A stretch of DNA of 64,000 nt from Lingula anatina (GCA_051362555.1 CM120642.1:30132001-30196000), one strand, 5' to 3'. Shown: positions 28,606 to 43,705, counted from the first letter of the stretch. Notes: generated by a model not told the origin, from the sequence alone. Numbers and translations are program-made.

Positions 28606-28784
28606 GGCCGCATCCACAACACTAGTTAGTCCGCGAATCAGAAATGGTGGCCCACTTTAAGCTTGTCGTCTAATCCCCTAATAGACACTGAATAAATTCA
28701 CCACGGGGATTACGCAACAAGCATGCAAGAGGGTCGGCCATATTTGATCCGCGGACTAGAAAGTCCGCTGTTGTGAACGCGGCC
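28606..28784. mobile_element. Second MITE with a related internal core in opposite orientation, 3 bp from the previous one
   Basis: Ends are ggccgcatccacaaca and tgttgtgaacgcggcc. The internal aagcttgtcgtctaatcccctaatagacactgaata is a near reverse complement of the core of 28428-28602. Confidence 0.7.
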
Positions 28785-30432
28785 ATTATTGAGAGACAAG
28801 GACATGTTTGGTGCTGGTTCATCAGCTGGTATTGCATGACAGGCATAATACATATATCATACCATAACGTCACTTACGTGTACAACTACTTTACAGGATT
28901 TAGGATCAGATTAACATGCCTTTCATCGTATTTTTAGTATAATCTGTTATGTCTTCTCTTTTTGAAATCACCGAAGCTGTCGGAAACGCAACACAGCTAA
29001 AAAGAGCTCTTTGAAAAAATAAACTCGTTTTACACTGGTTAGGTTCCAGCTATTTTTATGGGTCCTAGAAAGTATTCAGTTTACATAGCCTAACTTTAGA
29101 TTATTGATTCTCGGTTGATATGGGAGACTTGACCATTTTCTGAGAAAACGTGATAGAATTTTCATGAAGAAAATTTTATAAACAGATTAATTAATATCCA
29201 AGTTGATTTTGGAAATCCCTCAGCTTAAATGACTGATATTTTCTTTTACACTCCTTCCGATCTTTTGTCCACCATTGTGATTTTCAACATTTTTATTTTC
29301 GTAACATCTTTGCATTGAATAACACTGTACCATTAGAGAATCAGTGTCTATAATCTATGCGATTTCCCAGCAGTAAAATGTTTTATTATTATATTTGGAC
29401 ACATTGCCGCGCGAACTCGGCTTAGAAAGATTGTCTCATTTCGACAAGTTTTGATGAGTCAGTTTCTGTTGTCTGGTGGCCGCATGTTTTCATTACCAGG
29501 TAATACACTATGCTAAAATGCCATTTCCATTTGCTACGCTTTTTTATTAGTAGGTCGAAAAAACAGTTGATCTTTATTCTTCCCTATGATAACCCATCCA
29601 TCTTACACCGTCTCTGATGGGAAAATAACACCTGCGTCTGCTGGTTTCATTAGAGGCTGATTTGTGCTGTTTTTTACCACTAGGAGGAGTTCCTTAGGCC
29701 AGGCTCCGTTGTCTCCAGACTGTTACCTGAATTTCCTGTCTGGAATGGAAGACCGTGGACCCGTTCAGGCCGAAATCAACTTAAAACCAAAAATAACCTT
29801 ATTAGCGTCATTAGACAACTGGGATGATATGCGACGATTTTACATGCACGCGCAGTGCATTCACTTCGTTATCTGATCTCCATCCGTACAATATTCCATA
29901 TCAAACCACTTTATCGTTGGTTAATAACTTTCTTCAGTTGATAGCACATTTTAAGCTCATTTCCCTTTTACGTTAGACCTCGTCTGAATACACCTAATGT
30001 CCATACCGTCTGGTACATTTTAAAATTAGAAGCTGCTTGAGCGACATGTTTTTTTATTTAGGCTACATGCACCATAGGGACTGTCGTGTAGATATATACG
30101 TCAATTTTCTTCCGTGGCCATCGAGTTTTGCAGAACAGACTGTGAATAACGTTTGTATATATGCATACAGTATACACCCCAGTCACCCGGATCCTCAGGG
30201 TGTTTCAATAACTTCTGTATACTGCCCAGCGTGTGTTCACTACCACTGTATCTGTTCTGTCGGTATTCTTAACCCAAGATGTCTTTTCAGAATACTATTA
30301 GATTCTTTATTTAAGAAATAATGCAAAAATAATGCCTTATTTTCTTTGCGTACACTGATATGCTCTTTAAAATGATGCATTTTTACCGCAGATGATAGAT
30401 ATCTAAAGTGACGACACAACTTCCTTGCGTTG

Positions 30433-30474
<42 letters not shown>

Positions 30475-31363
30475 ACCCAGTCTGTCAAACAGAAAAGAAT
30501 AAGCAACCTGCAAAAGTAGTAACATCATAATCTTCACCAGCGTTATTATTAGGGGTCTACTACGCGGGGGTTACTCATCTCTGTATCACCTACTTAACAC
30601 TGCAGTTAGTCGACTAAATGACACTGCGCTATGCATCACTGGTACCGCCTCCAGCTGCACATTAGAGATAAATATTTCAGTGCCATCTTCGCCGTGCCCT
30701 CGTACTCTGTTGTAATATGCCGCTTTACTGAGATAATATTGAACAAGATACTCCAGGCCTATGTCGCTAACCTTCCATGATGGCGCATTGATTTTATTTG
30801 AACGACCCAATCATGAATAATAACATGAAGATATTATCTATGCTTTTAGGTCGTAATATTATTTGTCCTTACTGAGTAAGCGTATTTTCAAAAAAGACAC
30901 ACCACCCCCTTCTCTTTATATACAAGACTACATACAACGATGCAGACAAACAATTGTATACATCTTGTCAAGTCACAAAGCAGCTTCATAGCAAACATAA
31001 AGGTTGGCATCTAATCATGCGGGCAGTAAAAAACAGCATTATCATTTTTACAACGATCATAATTCAGAGCCTGAATACTAATGAAACTTCCCATATTGGT
31101 CGTTTTCATCCTAAAGCACAATGTAGGGATATTAAGCAGGCAAAACAAGCTGCTATTTGTTGGTGTAGCACATATCTATGCGCCTATAGGGGTTGCCCTT
31201 AGGGAGAGTACATATTACCAGACAACATGCCCTCTGCGGTTGTATGTTAAAAATAACAAGTTGACCGCATCAGCTGATACTTGGCTGACTTTCCGTTGTA
31301 TTTGTATCTGGCCGATGTGTATTTGTTTATGGGAGTATGTGTGTGTGTGTGTTTGTGTGTATG

Positions 31364-31407
<44 letters not shown>

Positions 31408-31730
31408 TTTTGTATATATGCTTCTGTAGGAAATTTTAGTATGTGGCGATGTATGGGCACCTTTGTTTTGTACGTTTGCGTGCACATGTGCTCTCGTACG
31501 TGAAAACATTTTAAAAGGTTGTGATTAATGTGTTAGTGTTTGAGTGGGTGCACTCATGTGTACACAAGTGTGCGTGTGTGTGTATGCTTCAGTTTAAGAT
31601 TATTTATGTAAGGGCGATCGCCTATGCATCACGAGGCTAATTTTAAAAAGACTGATCAAAATGTAACTTTGTCCTTGTTGACCAAACGTCTTTTTAGTAT
31701 TTGATCTTCATGTTGCTCGTGCACATGTTG

Positions 31731-31769
<39 letters not shown>

Positions 31770-33559
31770 AAGTGTGTGTGTGTGTGGGGGGGTATTGATG
31801 GAATGATAGCTATGAAATCTGTGATCATTTTTGTGTCTATATTGATACCATTTCTGATAATATTTATAATTTGACCAGACAAAAACAACGGTAAGACCGT
31901 GTATGCCTGTCCTTTACAGTCTGCATGTTGATGTCTGACCGGCATACAGCCAAGCATAGCAAGCATGCCGATAAATTCTTGTCTCTCTCTGCGCGGAAAA
32001 ACTCACATTCACGAGAACGCACCTGCGTTATAGGTTACATAGAATGGGTGCCCTGGGAGATGTATATACGCGCGTTTTACGCCACCCGGGGAGGCCGATT
32101 CTCTTCATGGTGAGCACCAAACTAAGAAACATCCCAGCGTGTCTGTTTTCAAAGGAAGAACACTCTACTTTCACAGGTCGACAATCGTTTATCTGTTTTT
32201 CCCTGCTGCTTTTCCCCGATGTTTTACTCCTTTTATTCGATTGTAAAACATGATACCGCTCCTCGTGACCGCTGTTTGCTCCTTAATCAAAATGCATCAT
32301 CCATTTTCAGCTACCATTTTAAAGACTACTTCAGAAGACCTGAATATATCTGAGATATTCAAAATGACAATATGACAAATTCTTGAGATATATCAGAAAT
32401 GGAAAACCAATCGTCTTTTGGAATTGGGAATCATTCTTTAACGCGAATTGTTCTTTAACACGGCTCTATCCCTTTTTGCGAAAGACAGGGTCAACTTGTA
32501 CGTGCCAAGGACACAAAACCACGATTATTAGTGCGGCACAATATGACATATGATGTGACAAAAGAAAATTTTGATCTCTGCAAGAGCCTAGAAATACACT
32601 AAACCATTTAGCTCAAGTGAAAGTTGAAAACGCTGGGTCCTGTATGGTAGACACGTGCACATGTAATGTTATGCTACCTGAAACGGGCGGCACGAGGCAT
32701 TGGTTAGGCATCTACTTTATTATTTTCCACTTTACTAATGTACAGGGCAGCTGTTTCAACACCGTAACCTTTCCGGACCGACGACCGGATAGCCTTAGAA
32801 ATATGCTCTCAAGAACAGGAGCCTGAAGAACGCTTTCAACATTGAAAACTATAGATAGGCATTTCTCCTCTACTACCTTCCAGCGATTCTATCTGCGTTC
32901 ATAGCAGGATAGCCGTGGACTGGAAATCGGGTAAAAACACGTAATGGGCACGACCATAGATCTAGTGCAATCTTAACAGAAAAGCTTGTCAAACCGCAGC
33001 TTTGGCTTAGAACTATACACTACATTACATATCTATTGGAAAGTTGATGAATTTTTGACGAGGAAATAGCGCCGTCTTGACCTTTTCTTGTAAGGTTTCA
33101 TTATAAAAAATTGATCTTTGCTATAGCTCTCCCCGATGGTTTGTTTCGCTGTTATTAACTAATCAGTAGATTACCGCATGATAGCTTGAAAAAAAAACTA
33201 TTCACCGCAGTCATAACCTATAATATCTCATTAATGATATTTAACAATAAACATTTTTAATGAAGGCTGTAGTTTGCACAATAATTCTAAAGGAACATCT
33301 TGCACCTTTGGAGATTCACAGTTACAGGATTTTGATGGGATTCTTTTTCTTTTTTCTTTTATTTTCATTAAGTCAGTTTAACCCTTTATCACCAATTCGC
33401 ACGTTTGTAATTTGCAAAACATCATGCTAGAAATACTGGCAGTTGTTCAAACTCTGTTTTAATAGAAAAAAATACTAATACAGTAAAATGATACCAATCC
33501 CGTCTAGCCATTATTGTTAGTCAAGTACCGCTGTGTTAAAGTGACGGCTTTGTTATTCT

Positions 33560-33725
33560 GAGTTAAGTCCACTGAGACACCTGTAGGTCCAGCTGAGTGT
33601 TTTATTACTCTCAGTGACCCAGACGTATTGACTTAGAGATCGCCATTGCATAATCGTCAGAATAGTCGAACTTTCGAGTTTGTTGTTGTGTCTGATCCGT
33701 GATGAAAATAAAGTATCTATTGATT
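33560..33725 (-). mobile_element. Possible decayed non-LTR reverse transcriptase fragment
   Basis: The minus-strand frame reads YFIFITDQTQQQTRKFDYSDDYAMAIS, resembling the RT core F(N)IYTND...RKFxYADD. Stop codons lie nearby. Confidence 0.35.
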
Positions 33726-34744
33726 GATGAACTGTAGAGTATTTTCTCCAGTGCAATTAATTCGTTATTGTACTTGGCTAGTAATCCGCACCTGTTAAAT
33801 CATAATGGACCAGAAGCATTAAGAGACTCATCAACATCTGGTTTTATGAAATTGTGAAATAAAGCGATAATGTTTAATGGTCAGAATCCACTCCTACTTT
33901 AAAGCCTCTTTGACGGACATACACATGGTTCTACACTGTTAATTTTTTATTTCAAATATAAAACTCTGACGTTCAAAAGTATAGCCTTGTTGATAGAAAC
34001 GTCATTTTCTTTCACATTACAAAACGAGGTATCAGTTTCATTTATTTTTGGAATAAAAAAAGTATGGAGGACTTCAGATGACTACGTTATACTCCGTCTT
34101 TTAATAGAATAGTATAAAAAGCTCTCACACAATGGCATGACAGCGTAGCTCGTCTTTTTTGTTGACAGACGGTATTTTTTCCAGGCACCTCTAACGGCAA
34201 AAGTGGGAATAGTGCAAAACTTATTGCACCTCAAACACGTTTTTATCATAGATGTTACGGTGTGGTGACATTACGCGGCGTGTTGTTAGAATGCAACAAG
34301 GGATTACCCGTATATGTCAACGAGCAACACATCACCGACAATCTCCTTCAATTCGTGACAGCCTTTGATGTATTAGCTTAGCAAAATTAAATTGCACCGA
34401 ACAACGGCATGTTGATGATATGTAACACGAGCAAAGTAGCACAACACTAAAAAAGTCAGAAGAGAGAAATAAGAGCTGGGTTCTCGCACGTTCTGTATTT
34501 CCCCAACGCCATGTTGCGCTCCCACCACCTGAGGCCGTGTCCCTGACGTAACAGTCTACACTATTCCATTATATCTCTACCAGTACCATCACAAGTCAAG
34601 CAACTGCTTCCCTGGTTCTTATTTTCAAGATAATACTCTGTGGGATTTTTTAAACAAAGGGTAAAATAGATCTAATTTATTTTCTGTCGCTTATTGATTC
34701 CCTCGTCTCCACTCCTTACCCCCTCCTCTCCCCACGCCGACTGC

Positions 34745-34876
34745 CTACCCTCCACCAGGGTGACAGATTAATTTTTCACAGATATTCACAGATATGTCTC
34801 TAGAAAAATAAACGGTCATTTTGGCCTGAATTTCTCCGTTTTTCCCTATATAATATCCAACCCTGGTAGAGGGTAG
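34745..34876. mobile_element. 132-bp MITE with 7-bp target-site duplication
   Basis: TIRs ctaccctccaccagggt and accctggtagagggtag (one mismatch). The direct repeat CGACTGC occurs at 34738-34744 and 34877-34883. Confidence 0.75.
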
Positions 34877-37800
34877 CGACTGCCCATGGGCGAAGCTCTG
34901 CGAGCATTTAACTTTAGTCAGCTGATTCGGCGCTTAATGGTCAAATAAGTATTCAATAACATTTGCGGTTGCTTAATGTGAAAGTTTCTTTCCAGTACAA
35001 GTGGAGCCCACCTGAGCTTATTTATAACCTGTTTGGTGGCCTAAAATAGATAATCACATGCGTGTAAGGCGGGGAACTCTAGCAGTATCACCTCATGGAG
35101 TCGGCATTAATCTAATACGCTGCAGTTTCGCCCCAAGTCGCGTAAGTACATGAAATGTAGCTAAATGGCAATCAATTTCGCGTAGCAACTGAGTAATATC
35201 CACACATTTGGACACATTGTGCTTTGTTCTCTCCGCGTGATATGGGCCTTTTTCCCACCACCCTTGAAGTCAACGTCCCTCATGTGAGTGCACCATAGAT
35301 CAGCGCACCAATACGGTTGACATATTCGATATTATATGTGCACGTGTCATTTGCATCCATCCACCCATTACCATAAAACAGTTCAGTCCAATACAGTGAG
35401 CAGCACGCATCAAGTTCAAGGATGAAATATACAAAAAAATATATATATATATCTGCCTGACATGTTGGTTTTCAATGCATGTACCGGGGTAGAAACAAAT
35501 TTCAAAGAAAAAATATTTTTAAAGTAACATTGAAAAATGGGATATTGTCAGTAAACAAAAGGGCGTTTTTTTTTCTAAATGCTGAAACCACATTTGTTCA
35601 TATGATATCAGGCGTGGGTTCAATTCATGCTGTTATGGTGAACTATGTGTATCACAAAAGTCTCGAGATGTATGCCAATAGCAAACACACATATATAAAA
35701 GCTAAGTCAATCAGCCAGTATATCAAAGGGTTAAATTCTCCAAAATTTCTCACAAAGAGTGCCGAATATATAGACCTACATCAGTAGGTCATCACGACCT
35801 GTCAGCTACGGACTGTCAATCTATTGTTAGTGGACAAACTGGTTCAACAATTCAGTCACCTAACCATTGTGAAAAGCCGTGCTGCATTTGCCTTGCAAGC
35901 CCAAATCACTGATATACGATGCCATCATTCTAGCCTCTCTTCATTACGAGCTGCTAATGTTGTTTTCGGAACCTAAAAGGGTTCATTTCGGGTTTAAGGT
36001 GCGCCGGGAGGGGTGTGCAGAAACGTTTCTGTTACTGTCCCATTACAATGTAGGCTAGGGCTATGGTAACAGGCAGAGGAACATAAATTGCATGGTCTGG
36101 TAAACAAACGGACCTTCGCACCTCAATTTCGTTACGCGACATGAAACTGAAGACGATGATCGACTTAAAAGGATGGGATAATGAAGGAGTATACTGTCGC
36201 AATATAAAATTCCAATTATAGTAAGACCATTTAATGATGTCATTAAGAAGCTATGAAATGCAATAAATCACCGCATTGTCGCATCAATGAGCGTGCCATT
36301 ACCGAATGCATGAATGTAATGAGCTGGCGGGCGGAGAGGAGACACCGGCTATTGCTGGAATATGGGATCCACAATTGGTGGATCTTGGCTGGTATCAACG
36401 ATCTATTATTGGTTGTGTTTAACGACAGAGTGGAGTGAGTGTATGCACGCATCCATGTGTGTGTGTGTGGGGGGGGGGGGGGGGGGGAGGGGGGGATGGG
36501 AGGGCGGTGACCGGTAAAATCAAATTTTTACCCTCCCTTTCCAAGATCAGCCAGTGTTCAATGCTTACATCTGAACGTTTGAAAGGGTAATTGAGGTGAT
36601 GGCAGGCAATCATTTTCTATTTGTGGCATTTAAAGGGGAACAAAACATTCAATGTTGAAAGCTGGTATATTAAGTCAAATTGCGCATAAAACCTTGAACT
36701 CTCATATCGCAGGTTGCAAATGTGCACAACCAGGTTAATGCATGAATCTTTGATGACTAACGAGTCATTCTGATGGCAGTAATGGATGGTTAAGTTAAAG
36801 GTATAACAACTCTACTTTTTGGCGGGAAAAGTGCCATAAAGCGGATTTTCGAGGGATAAACGATGATGTTCCCAAATTTACCGGTGGTTAATGAATCCGT
36901 TCCCACATTCAAAGCTAGTCGACTTTTTAAAGTGTTTTTTTTTTTTTTTTTGTAATAATCTCTTAAGGGATTATTATTTAAGGTGGCCATCTATGAAGGT
37001 CCATGTGGTCCGCTGGCAAGCAGAGATTTCAGAATAATTGCGTTAACCGCCATTCTGGTGATAAAATGGAATCATCATATTTCTCTGTGTTGTTTACAGG
37101 TATTTATTGTGGAATTTGTGGTTATTACGTTGTTATCCCTTTAAAGTCTAAATTGTCACCTTGTTAGCGCATCTGCAGCAAGCGAAGAGATGTGTTGTTG
37201 AAGGTAGCTAACAAATATAGTGAAACACCCATGCCAAACCCTCTTTTTCATAATCGTCTGTCTGCAAGAATCTGTGGAGAATTTTTGAGAAAGAGAGAGA
37301 GGTGAACTATGGCAAGTTCATTTGAGTTCAATGTTATTCGGTTGTAGTCAGCGACTGTAGGTGTAAGGGTGAACTCGTTGCTGCCACACTTTCTATGTTT
37401 TTTGTGGACCTGACTTAGATTATTCCCTCAGACACGCGGTGTCTAGAAATAGAAATAATAAAAGTTTCCTTTCGAGAACGCGCCTCAACTAATAAACAAC
37501 CTTAAGCGAGGAGATAAGAATGCTAGTAACTGTTGTGTAAAATGGAAAGCATTTGAAAGATAACGCAAACCACGCGGCAGCTTTCCACCTAGTCAAGCAA
37601 AAACCAGAGTGAAAGAATGAAGCTTTTCACACTCGTACACATTGACCATATGCTCTCTTGGGTTGTTTTTGACGCACTCCATCAGACACTCAAAAGAACA
37701 TCACGTAGACAAAGGTTTGAGAAACTTAACCCTTGTTACTCTGACGAATAGCTCTACTGTATGCCCGAAACGCATCACGTTGGCATTGACCTTGAAGGTC

Positions 37801-40662
37801 ATACTAATATGATGTAAAAGTACGCGTCTAGTTTTCAAGTCCAATATAACGTTGAAATAGCGTCATATCACTTGTCATACAAGCTCGTAAGTTTGAAATA
37901 AGATAATTAATCGTCTTTTTACATGTCAGACAAATGATGACAACAAACAAACGATCCTTTACCCACAGAAACGTTATATAGGATGAGTTTGTGAAACCAT
38001 CTACCTTGTTTGCAAAACGCTTTCAGTAGTAAGTCAGCAGTACAGTCCATGTGATATAATTGATGTGTCTTGGAGAACGGGGGTGTGGTTCATATAGAAA
38101 AAAATGCACGCACACCAATCCTAAACATAAACATATATTATGGTTACTATGTTATGGTATTTATGTGCATATAAAATTATTCTGGATATTCATAGATGAA
38201 TGACGAATAGACAGTTGTCCTTCATAGGATACACGTACCAGGGGCATGTTGGCAAAAAACAAGTTATCAATATGTTAAATAAAGATGGACACATTCCGGG
38301 TTGCTTACTACACGGAACGGCACATACACCTGAGAGACAGTTCTTTTAATATCCAGACATTCTTGGACGAGGCACAAATGAAAACGGTTTTGGGTCGTCA
38401 CTTGACGATAAAATAAGATGACTAGATTGAGTAGAGTTGTAATGGTCTGAGATAAAGTAGTCCCTGTGTAATCCCACTCAAAGAGCTCGCATTGGTGACG
38501 CTTTTTAAGCCAGAACGGTTCAAATGGTTTGAACATACGAGTTTAAACAGACCTTATGTTGCTACTTGGGAGTTCTTTATCCAGCCAAATACATACACCG
38601 TTTCTTGGATCCTGCTCAAAGAATTTATTCAAATGAACGGTGAATAGCAAGTCTGCCATTCGACAAGATCCTATACCGTCTGTTTGTCTGAAGAAACAGT
38701 CAGTTCGTCTTTTGCGTCTACATATTTGCATGCGGTTCTCTGACTAATAGAACATTTTTCAGCGCACCTCATATCAGAGAAACGGTTTAACACTTTTGTA
38801 GGAACCATTATTAATTGCTATCCAGTAGCTTGAGCTCTTTGTTCGTGTTCCCAGTATGGTCGGGTCGACTTATTTTGGTACGATCCATCTCAGCGGTCCT
38901 TCTGATTACGATTAGGCCACCAAAGACGGCAATTCCAATCCTTCTGTCGGCCCACCACTGGCGTTGTGATAAAAGAAAGGTGCTTGCCATAAGATCCCTC
39001 CCCAAGATCAGAAAGCGCCCATACACACACTTGCATACACATCCAGCCGATAGTTAGATTGACCCAAGTTGATTGGAAACGCGCCTCGTGTTTCGGTGCA
39101 GGTTGCCTAAATTTATTCCAAAAACATGTTTTTGCTACCGTCGACTACCTGGCATTTCTGTAATGTTGCGTAAGTACTAATTCAGCAGATGATTTACTGA
39201 GTAATACGTCTATGAGTAACATACAGAAGGCGGTGAAAAATGCTCAGATCTTGTGATTTTAATTAAGAGACCATACTTGTTCTTAAGTTCGGGATAAGAA
39301 AAACTTATGAGTTTGCAGGTGAATTATTTAAACAGGAATAGTGAAAGTTGCTATACGCCCATGTTTTTGACACAGAATCTCTGTAAAAGATCAAAATGTA
39401 AAATGTAAAAATGTAAAATGTAAAAGATCAAGTCTTAATTACCAACGTGTGAATGAACTCGACATTAAACCCCCCAATTATCCCGAAATAGACCCATAAA
39501 TCAACAAGTTAATGAAGAGGTTTTCTTGATTGCAGGCTTCTTCTGACATTTTTAACTTTATTTCTGTGGAATTTTTTTTTGACTGGTCACATTATTATTT
39601 TATGTCTAATTGACTCACAAGCATGAAAGACAATCAAAGGTTTTATAGTTCGACATAGAAAGATTTCATCTTAATAAAAAGCTAATAAAAGGACCCCCCT
39701 CCAACTCCTGTACCGTGGACTTCAGAAGACACAGTGTACCAAACATGTTAAATATTTTTAAAAAATAGTATACCTTTTCATGCACACGTATATAGACACG
39801 TACATGAAAACACGCTAGTGACGCTCAAATGTACACTCGCATGCAAATACACATGTCCAGTAGAGTTTCTAATCCCCGTCATATATGAAGCACTTGGGAG
39901 AGAGTGACAGACGGGTTGAAGAGTAAAACACAATTCTAAAATTTTAAAAAAAGAAATATATATCTTGATACACCTTTTTTTCCAAACGACATAATACTAA
40001 TACATGCTGTACATACTAATATTAATACAGCAAGAAACTTATGACTTTTTGAATATAAACCCTAAAGAAACGCTATTTGAGGGTAAAACTCGTAAAATGA
40101 GTGTACAGGTAGGCATTACAGACTGAATAACCAAACCTAATAAAATAAGCCTAATCTCTGTTCAGGTGTCTCAGCCAATTATTTGACTTCATCATCAATC
40201 TTCCAACGCAACGCGAGTGTCTAATCTACTCGGTACACCCACGCCGGCAACCGTGGATTAACTTGCCAAATATGTGTCAAATCTTAGAGCATACCCTAAG
40301 CGATATATTAATTTCGAATGTAGCAGAAAAGATAACAAAATAGTGAATGGCGTGGATAGTAAAATAGAATACTTTATGTAAGATGGGATACAAATTAATT
40401 TTGGAAATAAAATTCGACTTTTTTTGTAATGATTAAGGTAATTGACCTCGCTAAGAATAATTGGCAAGTCTTAGTTGAACACATCATAAAGTAAGGACAA
40501 TAAAGCAAAAACTCTTAAGATTAAATTGAAAAAGAGGTGTAGTCTCTGGTGCATTAGCGCCAGTCTCTACCACACAATGCAGTCTTTTAATACCACAAAA
40601 ACTCTCGCCTCTAGAAACATCATCATTATGGCACCGTGAGGTTAAAGATAGTGGCTCTTTTA

Positions 40663-40925
40663 GGGCTCATTCCCAATAAAACTATCGGTCTACGTAGATC
40701 GGTCCAACTCTGCAGGGACTCTCGCTGAATGCAATCAGATTAACAGATTAACACACCTCCTCTTGTTTCCAGCGTACTCGTGTACTCACCAGCTTTTCTG
40801 TCCAACCACTTCTATCCAACACCAGGAGGAGGCATGTTATTCTGTCAATCTGATTGCATTCAGCGAAAGTCCTCACAGAGTTGAATCGATCCATGTAGAC
40901 CGATAGTTTCATTGGAAATGAACCC
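40663..40925. mobile_element. Tourist/PIF-Harbinger-like MITE
   Basis: About 100-bp inverted arms (gggctcattcccaataaaactatcggtctac... / ...gtagaccgatagtttcattggaaatgaaccc) with a TTA target-site duplication on both sides. Confidence 0.8.
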
Positions 40926-42334
40926 TTATATCACACCGTGAGACAAATTTAACAGAACTCTCCAGAATAAGAAAGAATATGAAAAAAAGAGCCGCAGAAC
41001 AGGTTTGCAGTCATGATTATGTTAACGAGACGGCAAACACGTTGGGTGTGGGAAGAGGTCGATGTTATTAAAACCGAGCCAAAATTCCTTCTGTACTGAC
41101 GCATCCCCATCTTCTGATCTGTGACTGCGCAGCGTACCTCAAAGGCACTCCAAACCGGTAGGTTGCCCCTCCTCAGTGCGCTGTTTCTACTCATATCAAA
41201 GATAATCTCGAAAGTTACTTGCCTCTTGACTTGCTGTGAGTGCTGTTTGATGTAAGGCTTTACGTGATAGAGTGCTACTTTTACGTGGTGGAGTGAGGAT
41301 GGGGGCTTTGTACGACACGACATATCGCAGTTTACCTGGTTGATGATTTATTGTTACAACTCTTGGGCAAATGTATGAGGATCATATCAGACTTCCGCAT
41401 ATGAAAACATGTGATGATAAAGATGTTTTCGTGTATTCAGAATATACTGACTTTACAGTATATCCTCACAATATATCTTGCATGCCCTCTCCTTCTCTCT
41501 CTCTCTCTCTCTCTCTCTTATGGCACCTAGACCTGTGAAATATAAAAAACTGAAAGAAACCATTACCTAGTTGCTGCTAGCATAATATATCATTTTCTCT
41601 TTGTTTAACTGTACATTTTTCTGGTTATCCACAGGAGCCTCATTATCTTTTAGATATGTTTCTGAATGCCATTCACAAAACGATTGAAACATATAACATA
41701 TATTTAACAAACCGCAAATTTTTGTTGTGATTCTGTAGATAACATTTTCATAATATGCGTGTTCTATCAGACGACATCGTTGTATGGAAGCGCTGTTACT
41801 TTTTTCGCCTGGGTGCGGAATGAGAGAGCGATGTTTAAAGTGGATTTGGCTACAATTTGCATTGATCTCGGACGTTAAATCGAACTCCTCATGCCTAAAA
41901 TGACGACAGTTGGTAATAAAGTTTCACAAAACAGGTATTGGAACACTCATTATTTCAACCTTTCATTTGGTTTAAAATGAAGATTAGTAGGTGCCCCTAG
42001 ACGTATAGTATCTTTGTTAGTAAAGCGTCACACTTTAAACGTAGAAGAGAGAGAGGCAGTATACTTCTCCGCTGGTGGCGCATGCACTTTTAACGTGTAT
42101 ATTGTATGGCGACTTGCGTGTGTACCCGAACTTGTCAGTGTACGCAGTGGTTCATCCCCCGGCCCTTTTTGTGCGTACTCAGCGCTAAAAGTCTCTCATT
42201 TTTGTTTACTCCTCGACATGACAAAACAGATTTTAGATCATAAGAAGACCCTCCAAGGTGTTAAGTGGAAATTTTATTTATTTTATTTATTCTAAATGAA
42301 AAACGTGACTCGGAATACATGTGCTGTGTACTTG

Positions 42335-42383
<49 letters not shown>

Positions 42384-43204
42384 TTATTTCTAACAGCTAC
42401 ACTGGTAGTCTATGGCAAATAAGTCGTCTATCACTACAAGCATATCATATATTTAGCTGCGGTTAGGAACCCTTGAAATGATGTGTTGGCGTCCCCATAT
42501 GACTAATAGACCTGAATTAATTTTTCATAACAGAAGTGGTAATGTCTTGATAGAGTTCACGTTGCAATTCAGTTATACTGAAATAATTTTTATCGTAAAT
42601 AATGCTGTAAAATAAATAGCGTAGGCCTATAGATGCGGGTTTTTGGATGTGCATGTGCTTAAACCCGTGCCCGTGGATGTGTGAATGTGTGTACGTGCGT
42701 GAGCGCGTGCGTGCGTGAATTGTCGCTGTCGGAGCAAAATTACGTCTGAATGCAACGTCTGAGAAAGATCAAATCTCAAAAGATTGAATCCGGCGGATCA
42801 ATAACAAAGGTTCAATGACTGAAACGACTCTAAAAGAACTTGAGAAGCTATTTACAATCACAAAACTGAATCTGATATAAAGCAACTACACATTATCAGT
42901 TTCACGACAAAAAGAAAAAGGAAAGAGAGCTTTTTTATCTGCTTATGTGAAGTCACAACCTAGAAAACAACTGTCAACCAAATGCAATGGGAAATGCACG
43001 CAAAATAGAAAGACTTCTTTCTACTACACGTCATTAAATTGCAATCAGTTGCACTAGTCCTTACAAAACTTGACGCTTTAAAGTAGTATCTGATAGTTCC
43101 GATATATCACTTTAAAGTCCTTGAATGACTTTACTGTAGAAACACCTTTGCTACACAGGGAGCGTGGGGAAGATACATTTTATATTCACCATGTTTTTAC
43201 CCTC

Positions 43205-43206
43205 AA

Positions 43207-43249
<43 letters not shown>

Positions 43250-43250
43250 A
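43205..43250. repeat. (AAAT)n microsatellite
   Basis: Directly visible. Confidence 0.9.
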
Positions 43251-43705
43251 CACTTGCATTACCTCTAATTTTAACCACGTTTTATTCATGAACACAGCCC
43301 GTCATTGGTGCGGTGTAAAGGTATTGGGTATAGGCGGTACGGGGCACAGGGTGTAGTAGGCCTAGTGTTATTTGCAACTTTTTAAAGGATGTGTAGAGGT
43401 ATACACCGATGATTTATGACGTCCTTTCTGTCACTTGCGAGTGCCTAATGTTTTGATGTTCTTTCCATACGCGCCACGCCTGGACAAGGTGTGCAGGACA
43501 TAGCCATCTGTGTTGGGAGGCGACACTAGAGAATAGAACGCCAAACTGTGGACACCTCTTATTTCTTCGTCACAGAATAGAACCGCAGATGACCAGGTGT
43601 GAATCTGAGTCACCGGACTTGTGGACTAAATTTAAGCCTCCATGAGTTTAAGATCTAGAGGACACTAGAAACTCGATCAGTTTTGAATTAGCAACATTAC
43701 TCTCC

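Noticed and set aside
32033-32109. Isolated AG...GTGAG exon-like segment
   Set aside because: It has no partner exons or recognisable peptide and could occur by chance.
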